Part shown: piece by piece, positions 40,002-48,983 of the stretch | Numbering within the stretch: position 1 is the first letter of the stretch | Layout: each line of letters begins with the position of its first letter | Source of the DNA: Clostridia bacterium | Lineage (GTDB): Bacteria; Bacillota; Clostridia; Monoglobales; Firm-18 | Length of the DNA: 64,000 nt | Direction of reading: 5' to 3' | NCBI GenBank assembly: GCA_045576675.1 | Contig: JAZNGX010000176.1 | Span: 3,892 to 67,891, forward strand | Translations under genes and position numbers: made by a program | Notes under the pieces: model-generated | Told to the model about the DNA's origin: nothing | Seen by the model: the letters and a program-made list of their open reading frames with translations, nothing else | Database searches by the model: none

Positions 40002-41597
40002 ATGTTAACAATCATAGTAGTTGATGACGAGCATTTAACACATCTCGGATTAAAAATGGCAATCGACTGGGAAAAATACGGATTTCAGATTATAGGCGAC
40101 GCCAAGACCGGTGAAGAAGGTCTTGAACTCGCTCTTAAGTTACGCCCCGATATTATAATCACTGATGTTTGTATGCCCAATATGGATGGACTTGAAATGA
40201 TTTCTCAACTACGTGAGCATAACTTAGACCCTAAAATAATAGTTATCTCCGCCTTCGATGAATTCCATTACGTTAAACGAGCATTGGAAAGCAAAGCAAT
40301 TGCATATCTTTTAAAACCAATCAAAGATGCAGAGCTTATTAACGTGCTTTTAGAACAGAAAAAGATTATTGAACGCGAAAAGAAAATGAAAAGCGAAATC
40401 GAGGATTATCACGAAAACCTTGATATCTTAAAAGAGCACTTTTTTATTGACCTGTTCAATGGTAAAAGTATTGATGAAGAAACCCTTGACAAAAAGGTTA
40501 AAGCCTTTGACATTCCGGAAAACAAAAATTTTTATATAATAAAATTAGGGCTTGATGCATATAAGGAGCTTACAAAAAACAATGAAGCAGACAAGCTGTT
40601 CACATTAAACAAACAGCTTAAAGAAGAAATAAATCAGGCGTTTTCAAACACGGCAGATTTTCATATAAATCTTATAACAGACGAGAAGTATTGCACCGTT
40701 GTACTGTTTACAACACAAAATCTTCAGTTTGTTACAGAGCAGTGCAGAATTTTAAACAAAGCCTTTGGTAGAAACACCCAGAACACAATTTCTATAGGAA
40801 TAAGCAACTGCCGTTACAGTCTTTTGGAAGCACAGGATGCGTATGTTGAAGCAACTGATGCATTAAAATTCAAATCAGTTATGGGGCATAACAGTGTTAT
40901 TCAGGCAGCTGAAATAACTTCAGACCGCCAGCAATCAAATTTAACACAAAGCGAAATCAACAGCATCATTACGTGTATAAAGGCACATAAATCTGAAGAC
41001 ACCTTTATGCATTTAAACGAGCTGTTCAGAAATTTAAAAAACAATAACAGCAGTATTGATTATGTTAAGGAGCTTTGCGTACAGCTTTCTGTTCTTGCAT
41101 ACAACACTTCAAGCGATGGCAGTGACACACAACAAAACGAGCAGCTTATGTACATCAGCTCAGAAATTCACGAGCAGGAAACAATTCAGGACGTTTTTGA
41201 ATGGACAAAGAATTTTATTGACGATATATTAAAAAATCTTATACAATCAGAAGAGCTTGCGTATCGCAAGGATGTAAGACTTGCAATCAATTATATAAAG
41301 AATAATTTTGACAAGCAAATCACTGCAGAACAGGTTGCAAATGAGCTTTTTATAAGCTATCATTACCTGATGCACATTTTCACAAGAGACGTTGGCAAAA
41401 CATTTAATGAATATCTGACTGATTATCGTATTGAGGTAGCAAAGGATATGCTGAAAAACCAAAACATTACAGTTTCAAAGGTCAGCGAAATGATAGGCTA
41501 TAAAAGCCCTAAATACTTTGGCATATTGTTCAAGAAAAAGACAGGCTTAACCCCTAAGGAATATGCAGAACAAAAATACAACAGGGCACAGGAGTAA
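40002..41597 (+). CDS. YesN-like response regulator (REC domain plus AraC-type HTH)
   Basis: 531 aa: IIVVDDE..PDIIITDVCMPNMDGLE..ISAFDEFHYVKRA..LLKP, with C-terminal AraC HTH (ITAEQVANELFISYHYLMHIF..FNEYLTDYR..GYKSPKYFGILFKKKTG). Confidence 0.9.
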   Translation: MLTIIVVDDEHLTHLGLKMAIDWEKYGFQIIGDAKTGEEGLELALKLRPDIIITDVCMPNMDGLEMISQLREHNLDPKIIVISAFDEFHYVKRALESKAIAYLLKPIKDAELINVLLEQKKIIEREKKMKSEIEDYHENLDILKEHFFIDLFNGKSIDEETLDKKVKAFDIPENKNFYIIKLGLDAYKELTKNNEADKLFTLNKQLKEEINQAFSNTADFHINLITDEKYCTVVLFTTQNLQFVTEQCRILNKAFGRNTQNTISIGISNCRYSLLEAQDAYVEATDALKFKSVMGHNSVIQAAEITSDRQQSNLTQSEINSIITCIKAHKSEDTFMHLNELFRNLKNNNSSIDYVKELCVQLSVLAYNTSSDGSDTQQNEQLMYISSEIHEQETIQDVFEWTKNFIDDILKNLIQSEELAYRKDVRLAINYIKNNFDKQITAEQVANELFISYHYLMHIFTRDVGKTFNEYLTDYRIEVAKDMLKNQNITVSKVSEMIGYKSPKYFGILFKKKTGLTPKEYAEQKYNRAQE

Positions 41598-41601
41598 AAA
41601 A

Positions 41602-43347
41602 ATGAATATCTTAAACACACTTATTCCATTTTTAAGACAGTTTAAAATCAGTATTCGTTTGTTGGTAATTCTTTTGATATGTACGCTTATTCCGTCACTT
41701 GTTATTTTCAGAATTGCAGACTTTTACTGCAGTAATATTACAAACAAATACATCAGTGACTATATTGATTTAACAGACAGCGAGATAGAATCACGTATAA
41801 ATATGATTGCAAACTCGCTTGGTATTCTTTCACTGGATATAATTCAGAACAAGGAAATACCATTGATTATCAACGGTGATTATGAGTTTTCTCATAAACA
41901 GGAAAAGCTTGACGGTGTGCTTTCAACCCTTATCAGTGATAAGGTATTTATAAGCGGTATTTCTATAATCACAGTTAATAATGAAGCGTACTTTTATTCC
42001 TGTGATAAAAATTTTGTATTAAACGATTATCATATTATCAATAATGCTGATGACACAACGAGTATTAATTATATCGAAACAATTAAAGATGCCAATAATA
42101 ATTCACACCTCACCTTTGGTATACAGTTCAGAAATTTTTATACAGGCTACCATTTAGGCACACTGTTGATTTATGTTAACGAACAGGTTCTTCACGATAT
42201 TTACGGAAAATATGTATCAGACCAGCATCTTATATACGTGTTAGACCAGAACGATATTATTATTTCGTGCAGTGACACATCAAAGCTTGGCTCAACATTT
42301 ATTGATATAGCATTGGTTAAAAACAATACCTTTGAATTTGAAGACAAAAAGTACATAACCACTGTTCGTAATATGACAAAAAATATAGGCTTTTCATTTG
42401 ACGGCTGGAAAATTCTTCATTACGCATCATACGATACGTTGCTTGATAACACAAATATGTTCACAAAGTATATGACTGTAATACGTAATACTTTTTTATT
42501 ACTTGCGCTTATTTTTTCACTTGTGATATCACGCAGACTCACACGTTCAATTTCAGTTCTTCAGCGTAAGATGGTCAATATTGAAAAAGAACGAAGCTCA
42601 CCGCCTGTTCACCTTTTAAAAGGGAACGATGAATTGTGGGAGCTTGAAAAGATTTTCAATGATATGATAGGGCAGATTAACAGCCTAATCGAAAAAAACA
42701 ATGAAGAAAAAGAAGAAAAAAGAAAGCTTGAATTCAAGGCTATGCAGGCACAGATTAATCCGCATTTTATTTATAATACACTGGATGCTATCACGTGGCT
42801 TGCAAAAATCAATGACAAGCCTGAAATCGTTGACCTTTCAATTGCACTTTCAGACTTCTTCCGCATCAGTCTTCAAAACGGGGAAAACTTTATAACAATA
42901 AAAGACGAGCTGGCACACGTTAAGGCTTATATTCTTATTCAGCAAACGCGTTTTCAGGGAAAATTCACCGTTGAATATGATGTTGATGAGGATATTATGA
43001 ATTACAAAATGCCCAAAATTATATTACAGCCGCTTGTGGAAAATGCAATTATTCACGGAATTGCACCGAGCAAAAATCCGGGTTTAATCCAGATTATAGG
43101 GTATCGTGACGGCAACAATATTCGTTTTGAGGTTATAGATAACGGGGTAGGCTTCGTTGTTGACAATCCTGATAACAAAAACAACAGCATCAACGGCAGA
43201 AGCGGTTACGGAACGAAAAACATAAGGCAACGTCTTATGCTTGAATACGGCGACGGATATGATTTAAAATTCCACAGTAAGCCTGATATTGGAACACGTG
43301 TGGAGGTTACAATAAAAATCCAAGAGGACAAGGAGACATCAGTATGA
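41602..43347 (+). CDS. YesM-like sensor histidine kinase (PF06580-type His_kinase plus HATPase_c)
   Basis: Start moved to ATG 41602 (RBS GGAG), 581 aa. Two TM segments flank a ~270-aa sensor. H-box LEFKAMQAQINPHFIYNTL. N-box LQPLVENAIIHG. G-box DNGVGF..GYGTKN. Confidence 0.9.
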   Translation: MNILNTLIPFLRQFKISIRLLVILLICTLIPSLVIFRIADFYCSNITNKYISDYIDLTDSEIESRINMIANSLGILSLDIIQNKEIPLIINGDYEFSHKQEKLDGVLSTLISDKVFISGISIITVNNEAYFYSCDKNFVLNDYHIINNADDTTSINYIETIKDANNNSHLTFGIQFRNFYTGYHLGTLLIYVNEQVLHDIYGKYVSDQHLIYVLDQNDIIISCSDTSKLGSTFIDIALVKNNTFEFEDKKYITTVRNMTKNIGFSFDGWKILHYASYDTLLDNTNMFTKYMTVIRNTFLLLALIFSLVISRRLTRSISVLQRKMVNIEKERSSPPVHLLKGNDELWELEKIFNDMIGQINSLIEKNNEEKEEKRKLEFKAMQAQINPHFIYNTLDAITWLAKINDKPEIVDLSIALSDFFRISLQNGENFITIKDELAHVKAYILIQQTRFQGKFTVEYDVDEDIMNYKMPKIILQPLVENAIIHGIAPSKNPGLIQIIGYRDGNNIRFEVIDNGVGFVVDNPDNKNNSINGRSGYGTKNIRQRLMLEYGDGYDLKFHSKPDIGTRVEVTIKIQEDKETSV

Positions 43348-45473
43348 ACAGAGCAAAATGGATAACACTCGGGTCATTACCTTCAATGATGCCGGCAAAT
43401 TATGATATCTTAAATGGTAGTATATATTTTAGAAAACAGTTTTCACTGAAATATGATATAAAAAGCGTAAAGCTTTCAATATGTGCATTAGGTCAGGGAG
43501 AATATTTTGTCAACGGCAAACCTGTAGCAGACGAAGTGCTCCCTACACCATTTACCAGATTTGATGCAAGAGTTATTTACAACGTATATGATATTACCCA
43601 TCTTGTAAACATAGGCGAAAACGCAATAGGCGTTCACGTCGGCAACGGATTTTATAACGACAATATGTCAGTATGGAATGACATTATGACAGACTGGAAG
43701 GACAATCCGAAGCTTGCTGCAGCAATTGAAATCAGCTATCAATCAGGCGTAACGGAGGTTATACGTACAGATAAAACCTGGCGTTGCACAGAGGGTTGTG
43801 CTATATACAACCACGTCAAGCAGGGTGAAATATGCGATGCAAGACTTCGTCAGAATGGCTATGACACAGTTGATTTCGATGATTCAGGATGGGAAAATGC
43901 CGCATTAACAAACGAACCGGGAGGAATACTTGAAACTGCTGATGTTCCACCGGTTCGTGTGATACGCACACTAAAGCCTGTAAGATTTGAAAATGACATT
44001 TATGATTTCGGTGAAAACATAAGCGGTTGGGTAAAAATCAAAGTGCACGGAAAGCCCGGTCAGGAAATAAGAATTTTATATGATGAAAGCTTTGAGCAAT
44101 TCCGTCAGATGCGTGGTGCAGACACCTGCTTTGCGTTTGCACAAAGAGAAAACAAGCCTGTTGCAAACGAAGACATATTTATATGCAGCGGTATTGAAGA
44201 AGAATTCCGTCCCTCCTTCTGCTACCACGGTTTTCAGTATGCAAAATTAGAAAACGCACCCGACAATGTAGAAATCGTTGCAGAGGTTGTTCATACCGAC
44301 CTTGAAACCATAGGTACATTTGAGTGCAGCGATGATATGATTAATAAAATACATTTAGCATCAGTAAGAGCAACGCTTGCAAACTTTGTAGGTATGCCAA
44401 CAGACTGCCCGCACAGAGAGCAATTCGGTTGGACCAACGATGCTCAAACCTCAACAGAGCAGGTGCTTATGAACTTTGATGCAAAACGCTCTTATGCAAA
44501 ATGGCTACGCGATTTCAAGGACGCACAGCGTCCCAGCGGTCAGCTCCCCGGTATTATCCCATGTACTGGTTGGGGCTACAACTGGGGGCAAGGTCCGGGA
44601 TTTGGTTGTGCAATTATTATTATTCCGTATAACATCTATATTAACACAGGCGACACCAAAATTCTTGCCGATATGTGGGAGAATATGGTTAAATACTTAG
44701 GCTGTCTGGAACGTATGAGCGATAATTATATAGTTGATTACGGTCTTGGCGACTGGGTTCCTGTTCACCAACCCGCATGCCCACGCGCTATTATCGACAC
44801 TGCATATTTTTATAACGACTGTGTTAAAATGGCTGAAATAGCAAAGCTTATCGGCAAAGACAGCACCGAATGGTCTGAAAAGGCCGCAAAGATAAAATCT
44901 GCTTTCAGAAAAGAATTTATCGGTAAGCCCGAGCTTGAAACATACCAGACATATTTTGCATGTATGATATTTCAGGGACTGCTTGAAGAAAACGAAATCC
45001 CCGAATATGCAGCAAAGCTTAATCAGCTTGTTATTGATGCAGATTATCATATTGACTGCGGAATGTTCGGAACAAAATATATATTCAGCGCTTTGTCAGA
45101 AAATGGATATACTGACACAATATATAAAATGGTTACAAATCCAACCTTCCCAAGCTATGCATACTGGATACTAAACGGACGCACAACCCTATGCGAAACC
45201 TGGGATATGCAGCAATCACTTAACCATCATTTGTACAGCGAGGTTGATAACTGGATTTACAGATATCTGGGCGGCTTCAGATATTACAAGGACGGTCTTG
45301 TAATAAATCCTGTATATATGGATAATATTGACTTTGTTAAGGCACAGCATAAAGGTATCAGTGTAGTGCGAAACGGCAAAAATGTTACAGTTTCTACCCC
45401 GATTGAGGTTCGTGTTGTAATAGGTAAACACGATGCTGTTGTACAGCCAGGAAAACACGAATTTTGTATGTAA
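43344..45473 (+). CDS. Alpha-L-rhamnosidase, GH78-like, cytoplasmic
   Basis: 709 aa, no signal peptide. N-terminus AKWI..YFRKQFSL, central PTDCPHREQFGWTNDAQ and a six-hairpin C-terminal region match my memory of the bacterial GH78 layout. ATGA overlap with the kinase stop. Confidence 0.8.
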   Translation: MNRAKWITLGSLPSMMPANYDILNGSIYFRKQFSLKYDIKSVKLSICALGQGEYFVNGKPVADEVLPTPFTRFDARVIYNVYDITHLVNIGENAIGVHVGNGFYNDNMSVWNDIMTDWKDNPKLAAAIEISYQSGVTEVIRTDKTWRCTEGCAIYNHVKQGEICDARLRQNGYDTVDFDDSGWENAALTNEPGGILETADVPPVRVIRTLKPVRFENDIYDFGENISGWVKIKVHGKPGQEIRILYDESFEQFRQMRGADTCFAFAQRENKPVANEDIFICSGIEEEFRPSFCYHGFQYAKLENAPDNVEIVAEVVHTDLETIGTFECSDDMINKIHLASVRATLANFVGMPTDCPHREQFGWTNDAQTSTEQVLMNFDAKRSYAKWLRDFKDAQRPSGQLPGIIPCTGWGYNWGQGPGFGCAIIIIPYNIYINTGDTKILADMWENMVKYLGCLERMSDNYIVDYGLGDWVPVHQPACPRAIIDTAYFYNDCVKMAEIAKLIGKDSTEWSEKAAKIKSAFRKEFIGKPELETYQTYFACMIFQGLLEENEIPEYAAKLNQLVIDADYHIDCGMFGTKYIFSALSENGYTDTIYKMVTNPTFPSYAYWILNGRTTLCETWDMQQSLNHHLYSEVDNWIYRYLGGFRYYKDGLVINPVYMDNIDFVKAQHKGISVVRNGKNVTVSTPIEVRVVIGKHDAVVQPGKHEFCM

Positions 45474-45483
45474 TAATTAAAAC

Positions 45484-45529
45484 AAAAGAGCTATAGCAAA
45501 ACAAAATTCATTTTGCTATAGCTCTTTTT
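45484..45529. terminator. Bidirectional rho-independent terminator
   Basis: aaaagagctatagcaaaa-caaaattca-ttttgctatagctctttt: perfect 18-bp stem, with A-run and T-run flanks serving both convergent genes. Confidence 0.8.
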
Positions 45530-45563
45530 GCAGGTCGTTTTTTCAGCACACTGTTGCATTTTA

Positions 45564-45713
45564 CTACTGCTTTTTCTCTACAATATGCTCGGCACAGCTT
45601 TTAAGCTGTTCAACTGACGTTATTATTATTCCTGACTGCATTATTGAATCCTGAATAAATGCTGGCAATGTTTCAAAATACTGCTGAATCTGCGGATCGT
45701 CAAACTGTTTCAT
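45564..45713 (-). CDS. Small hypothetical protein (49 aa)
   Basis: Only the distal part of the 109-aa track ORF is credible: ATG 45713 is preceded by GGAGGTGAAAAA. The upstream part overlaps spoVAD and its promoter region. Confidence 0.4.
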   Translation of the reverse strand: MKQFDDPQIQQYFETLPAFIQDSIMQSGIIITSVEQLKSCAEHIVEKKQ

Positions 45714-45777
45714 TTTTTCACCTCCATGCATTATTTTTAACCAAAACATAAATAATAATGTAAAGAGGTGAAGCGTT

Positions 45778-46797
45778 TTGAAAAAAATCGGCAAACAAAC
45801 TGCACGCACAACAACCAATATCAAAATAATAAGCAATGCCACCGTTGCAGGAACAAACGAACAAAAAGGGCCGCTTGGCGGGCGTTTTGACATTTTAATG
45901 GATGATGGTTATTATGGTGAAAAAACATGGGAAAAAGCAGAAACAAAAATGCAGCAGGAGGCTGCAAAAGCCGCAGTAACAAAAGCAGGCTTAAAGCTAT
46001 CAGACATTGATATTGCATTCGCTGGCGACCTTTTAAATCAATGCACGGGAACAAGCTATGGAATGCGTGATTTACGCATCCCTTTTTATGGTCTTTACGG
46101 AGCCTGCTCAACAATGGCACTCAGTATGTCACTTGGTGCAATGGCAGTAGACAGCAGCTTCGCAAAATACGCCCTTTGCGGAACAAGCAGTCACTTCTGC
46201 AGTTCTGAAAAACAGTTTCGTATGCCACTTGCATACGGCGGTCAGCGTCCGCCCACGGCACAACGCACAGTTACAGGAAGCGGAATGGTAGTGCTTTCAC
46301 AATGCGGAACAGGCCCTCATATCACAGAAATCACAGCCGGCAAAATCATTGATAAAGGAATCAAGGATGGAATGAATATGGGTGCGGCAATGGCACCTGC
46401 CGCAGTAGATACCCTGTTAACTCATTTTAATGACACCAACCGTTCACCTGATTATTACGACCTTATCGTAACGGGAGATTTGGGGCAGTTGGGCTATGAC
46501 ATAGTTTGTGACCTTATGGTAAAACACGGCTATGATATGAAAAACTACAACGACTGCGGATTGATAATTTACGACAACAAGGCTCAAGATACTCATTGCG
46601 GCGGAAGCGGATGCGGATGCAGTGCGTTAGTACTTTGTTCATATATTCTCGACCTTATGTCAATCGGCAAGCTTAACAACGTACTATTTATAGGAACAGG
46701 TGCTTTGATGAGCCCAACAAGCACACAGCAAGGTGAATCAATTCCCTCCATTGCCCATGCAGTTGCAATCTCAAATAAAGGAGTGTGTGACAAATGA
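45778..46797 (+). CDS. spoVAD: Stage V sporulation protein AD (thiolase-fold, DPA channel component)
   Basis: 339 aa: KIGKQT..ISNATVAGTNEQKGPLGGRFD..YYGEKTWEKAE..CGGSGCGCSA. TTG start at 45778 with RBS AGAGGTG. Confidence 0.9.
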   Translation: MKKIGKQTARTTTNIKIISNATVAGTNEQKGPLGGRFDILMDDGYYGEKTWEKAETKMQQEAAKAAVTKAGLKLSDIDIAFAGDLLNQCTGTSYGMRDLRIPFYGLYGACSTMALSMSLGAMAVDSSFAKYALCGTSSHFCSSEKQFRMPLAYGGQRPPTAQRTVTGSGMVVLSQCGTGPHITEITAGKIIDKGIKDGMNMGAAMAPAAVDTLLTHFNDTNRSPDYYDLIVTGDLGQLGYDIVCDLMVKHGYDMKNYNDCGLIIYDNKAQDTHCGGSGCGCSALVLCSYILDLMSIGKLNNVLFIGTGALMSPTSTQQGESIPSIAHAVAISNKGVCDK

Positions 46798-47147
46798 CAT
46801 ATTTTAATGCTTTCTGGGTTGGCGGCCTTTTGTGTGCAATTGCACAAATTCTTATAGACAAAACCACCCTGACGCCTGCACGTATACTTGTGCTTTATGT
46901 ATGCACAGGAGTACTTTTGACAGCAATAGGAATATATCCTGCAATTGTAAAATACGCAGGTGCAGGTGCAACCGTACCAATTATGGGATTTGGCTATTCT
47001 TTATGCAATGGAGTAAAAAAAGCCGTTATGGAGCAAGGCATAATAGGAATTTTCACAGGCAGTATAACGGCAACAGCTGCAGGTATAACTGCAGCTGTTG
47101 TATTCGCATATATTCTGGCATTATTGTTTAAACCGAAGGAGAAATAA
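46794..47147 (+). CDS. spoVAE: Stage V sporulation protein AE (SpoVAEb-type)
   Basis: 117 aa: FWVGGLLCAIAQILID..LTPA..YAGAGATVPIMGFGYSL..ALLFKPKEK. ATGA overlap with spoVAD. Confidence 0.85.
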   Translation: MTYFNAFWVGGLLCAIAQILIDKTTLTPARILVLYVCTGVLLTAIGIYPAIVKYAGAGATVPIMGFGYSLCNGVKKAVMEQGIIGIFTGSITATAAGITAAVVFAYILALLFKPKEK

Positions 47148-47673
47148 TAAGATACGCCTTTAAAATCAGAGCAACTGTTTTGGCATCGGTAATTTCATTG
47201 TTCATACACATATCCTTTAGCTTTTCAAGCGGAATCTTATGAACATCCAGAAATTCATCCTCGTCAAGCTGTTGCTCTTTTTGCTTTAAGCCTGTGGCAA
47301 GGTACATATGAATTATCTCATTTGTGTATCCGGGGCTTGGCAAAATGCAACCAAGATATTCCATATTATCTGCAACAAGTCCCGTCTCCTCCCTTAACTC
47401 TCTTATGCCACACTCAAGGTGATGCTCACCGGGAGAAAGCTTGCCGGCAGGAGCTTCCAACACAACCTGCTTATAAGGACTGCGAAACTGCGAAACCATA
47501 TATGCATCCATATTTTCGTCAACGGCAAGAACGCCCACACCGCCCGGATGTGTTATAATTTCTCGTGTTGATGTTTTTCCGTCAGGCAATTCGACAGTTT
47601 CAACGTGTAAATTTATAACATGACCATTAAATATCTCTTCTTTTGCAAGTGTTTTTTCTGTTAATTTTTCCAT
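47128..47673 (-). CDS. NUDIX hydrolase (ADP-ribose pyrophosphatase-like)
   Basis: 181 aa. Nudix box GKLSPGEHHLECGIRELREETGL. Its 3' end overlaps convergent spoVAE by 20 nt. Confidence 0.85.
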   Translation of the reverse strand: MEKLTEKTLAKEEIFNGHVINLHVETVELPDGKTSTREIITHPGGVGVLAVDENMDAYMVSQFRSPYKQVVLEAPAGKLSPGEHHLECGIRELREETGLVADNMEYLGCILPSPGYTNEIIHMYLATGLKQKEQQLDEDEFLDVHKIPLEKLKDMCMNNEITDAKTVALILKAYLIISPSV

Positions 47674-47738
47674 ATCAAAACCCTCTTTCTGTAATTATTC
47701 TATCACAAAAACATAAAATATACAAGGAGGAATTACAT

Positions 47739-48884
47739 ATGGAACATTTTGTAAAACCAAGCTACGGAAAAATATATCACTTCTGCCACACAAAACAGGG
47801 AATATGTGTCAGCAACGGCACTGCCGAATATCAGGTTGTCTTGCCTGACGGAGAGGATGATTTTGATGTAACTGTAGATGATAATGACGGAATTCATATG
47901 GTATGTCAGAACATTAGCGGAGATATTATTTATATAACAAAAAACGAAGACAAATGGGAGTCGCACATACTTATGCAAAGCCGCAGCAGAAAAAGCAGCA
48001 AAAAAAATTTTTCTGTTCAAAGAGCAGGCAATCTGTTAAACATTATATATTTGCTTGAATACAAAAACAGCTACGTTATAACGCACCAGATAATTGAGAA
48101 CGGAAACCGTACTCCCGATGTGCTTGACTATACCAACGGCGAGTTTTCAGTTGCGAAGGACAGCTGCAATAATATATATGTACTGTACTACAGCCTTACT
48201 TATAAACGCACAGGCTATATGATTTACACCTGGAGCAAAAAAGAATGGACAGAATTTATACCGCTTAATATTGATGGCATTGTTACGCAACCACATATTC
48301 TTATTGACAGATGTGACAATCTTCATATAACGGGCTGTCTTAACAGTGAAATTATATATTATCAGGATGTTTTACACAGCTTTGGAAAAGGGGAAAATCC
48401 AATAATACTGGAAAAAGAAAGTCTTCATCTGCTTTGGGAAAATTCAGCAGACCAAAAAATACGTGCAGTGTGCAGCACAGATTTCGGAAAATCATTTTCA
48501 ACACCAACCGAATTTATGGCAGGCAGGTTTTCCACACCAAAAATTTATGCAATATCATATACTCGTTACGAAAGCTCTTGCAATGCAAACCGTTGCTACG
48601 GCTACACAAGTGACGGCACAGTAAAATTCTTTCTAACACCAGATTTTTTCAACATATCCCGCATTCCGCCAAGACCAAAGGAAACATCACTTTCAAGCGA
48701 GATTAAGCAGTTCAGGCAAAAGCTTAATGCCGAGCCGCAAAGTGAGAAAAGCATTATAACGATGCTTGAAAAATTATCAGTAAAGCTGGATGTTTTGCTT
48801 AATGAAACAAAAAGTATAAAAATTCTATTGACAAATCAAAAAAACGAGCATATAATAAAATCAGATTTGAGATTAGATGAGTAA
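47739..48884 (+). CDS. Hypothetical cytoplasmic protein, possibly a BNR/beta-propeller fold with a C-terminal coiled coil
   Basis: Start moved to ATG 47739 (RBS AAGGAGG), 381 aa. One near-canonical Asp-box STDFGKSF (nt 48474-48497) and recurring D..N/G.h.h blade-like strands. Confidence 0.45.
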   Translation: MEHFVKPSYGKIYHFCHTKQGICVSNGTAEYQVVLPDGEDDFDVTVDDNDGIHMVCQNISGDIIYITKNEDKWESHILMQSRSRKSSKKNFSVQRAGNLLNIIYLLEYKNSYVITHQIIENGNRTPDVLDYTNGEFSVAKDSCNNIYVLYYSLTYKRTGYMIYTWSKKEWTEFIPLNIDGIVTQPHILIDRCDNLHITGCLNSEIIYYQDVLHSFGKGENPIILEKESLHLLWENSADQKIRAVCSTDFGKSFSTPTEFMAGRFSTPKIYAISYTRYESSCNANRCYGYTSDGTVKFFLTPDFFNISRIPPRPKETSLSSEIKQFRQKLNAEPQSEKSIITMLEKLSVKLDVLLNETKSIKILLTNQKNEHIIKSDLRLDE

Positions 48885-48926
48885 GAAGAGATTAGATGAG
48901 GTCAATACTATCATTGTATATTTATA

Positions 48927-48967
48927 CCCTTTGAGCTTATTTTGTCTCAAAGGGATTTTTATTTTTT
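48927..48967 (+). terminator. Rho-independent terminator
   Basis: ccctttgag-10 nt-ctcaaaggg followed by ATTTTTATTTTTT. Confidence 0.7.
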
Positions 48968-48983
48968 GAAAGGATGAGTTGAG

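Noticed and set aside
45714-45893. Long (109-aa) version of the minus-strand ORF 45564-45893, and the 99-aa ORF 45821-46120
   Set aside because: They overlap the spoVAD start and coding region, and their sequence is hydrophobic and low in complexity. Only the distal 49 codons have a strong RBS (GGAGGTG).
47128-47147. 20-nt convergent overlap of spoVAE and the NUDIX gene as a regulatory feature
   Set aside because: Short 3'-3' overlaps are common in compact genomes, and no hairpin or conserved motif is present.
48868-48899. Direct duplication gagattagatgag ... gagattagatgag spanning the stop codon of the 381-aa ORF
   Set aside because: Only 13 nt, a single duplication, no associated structure or ORF consequence. 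Likely a slippage remnant.
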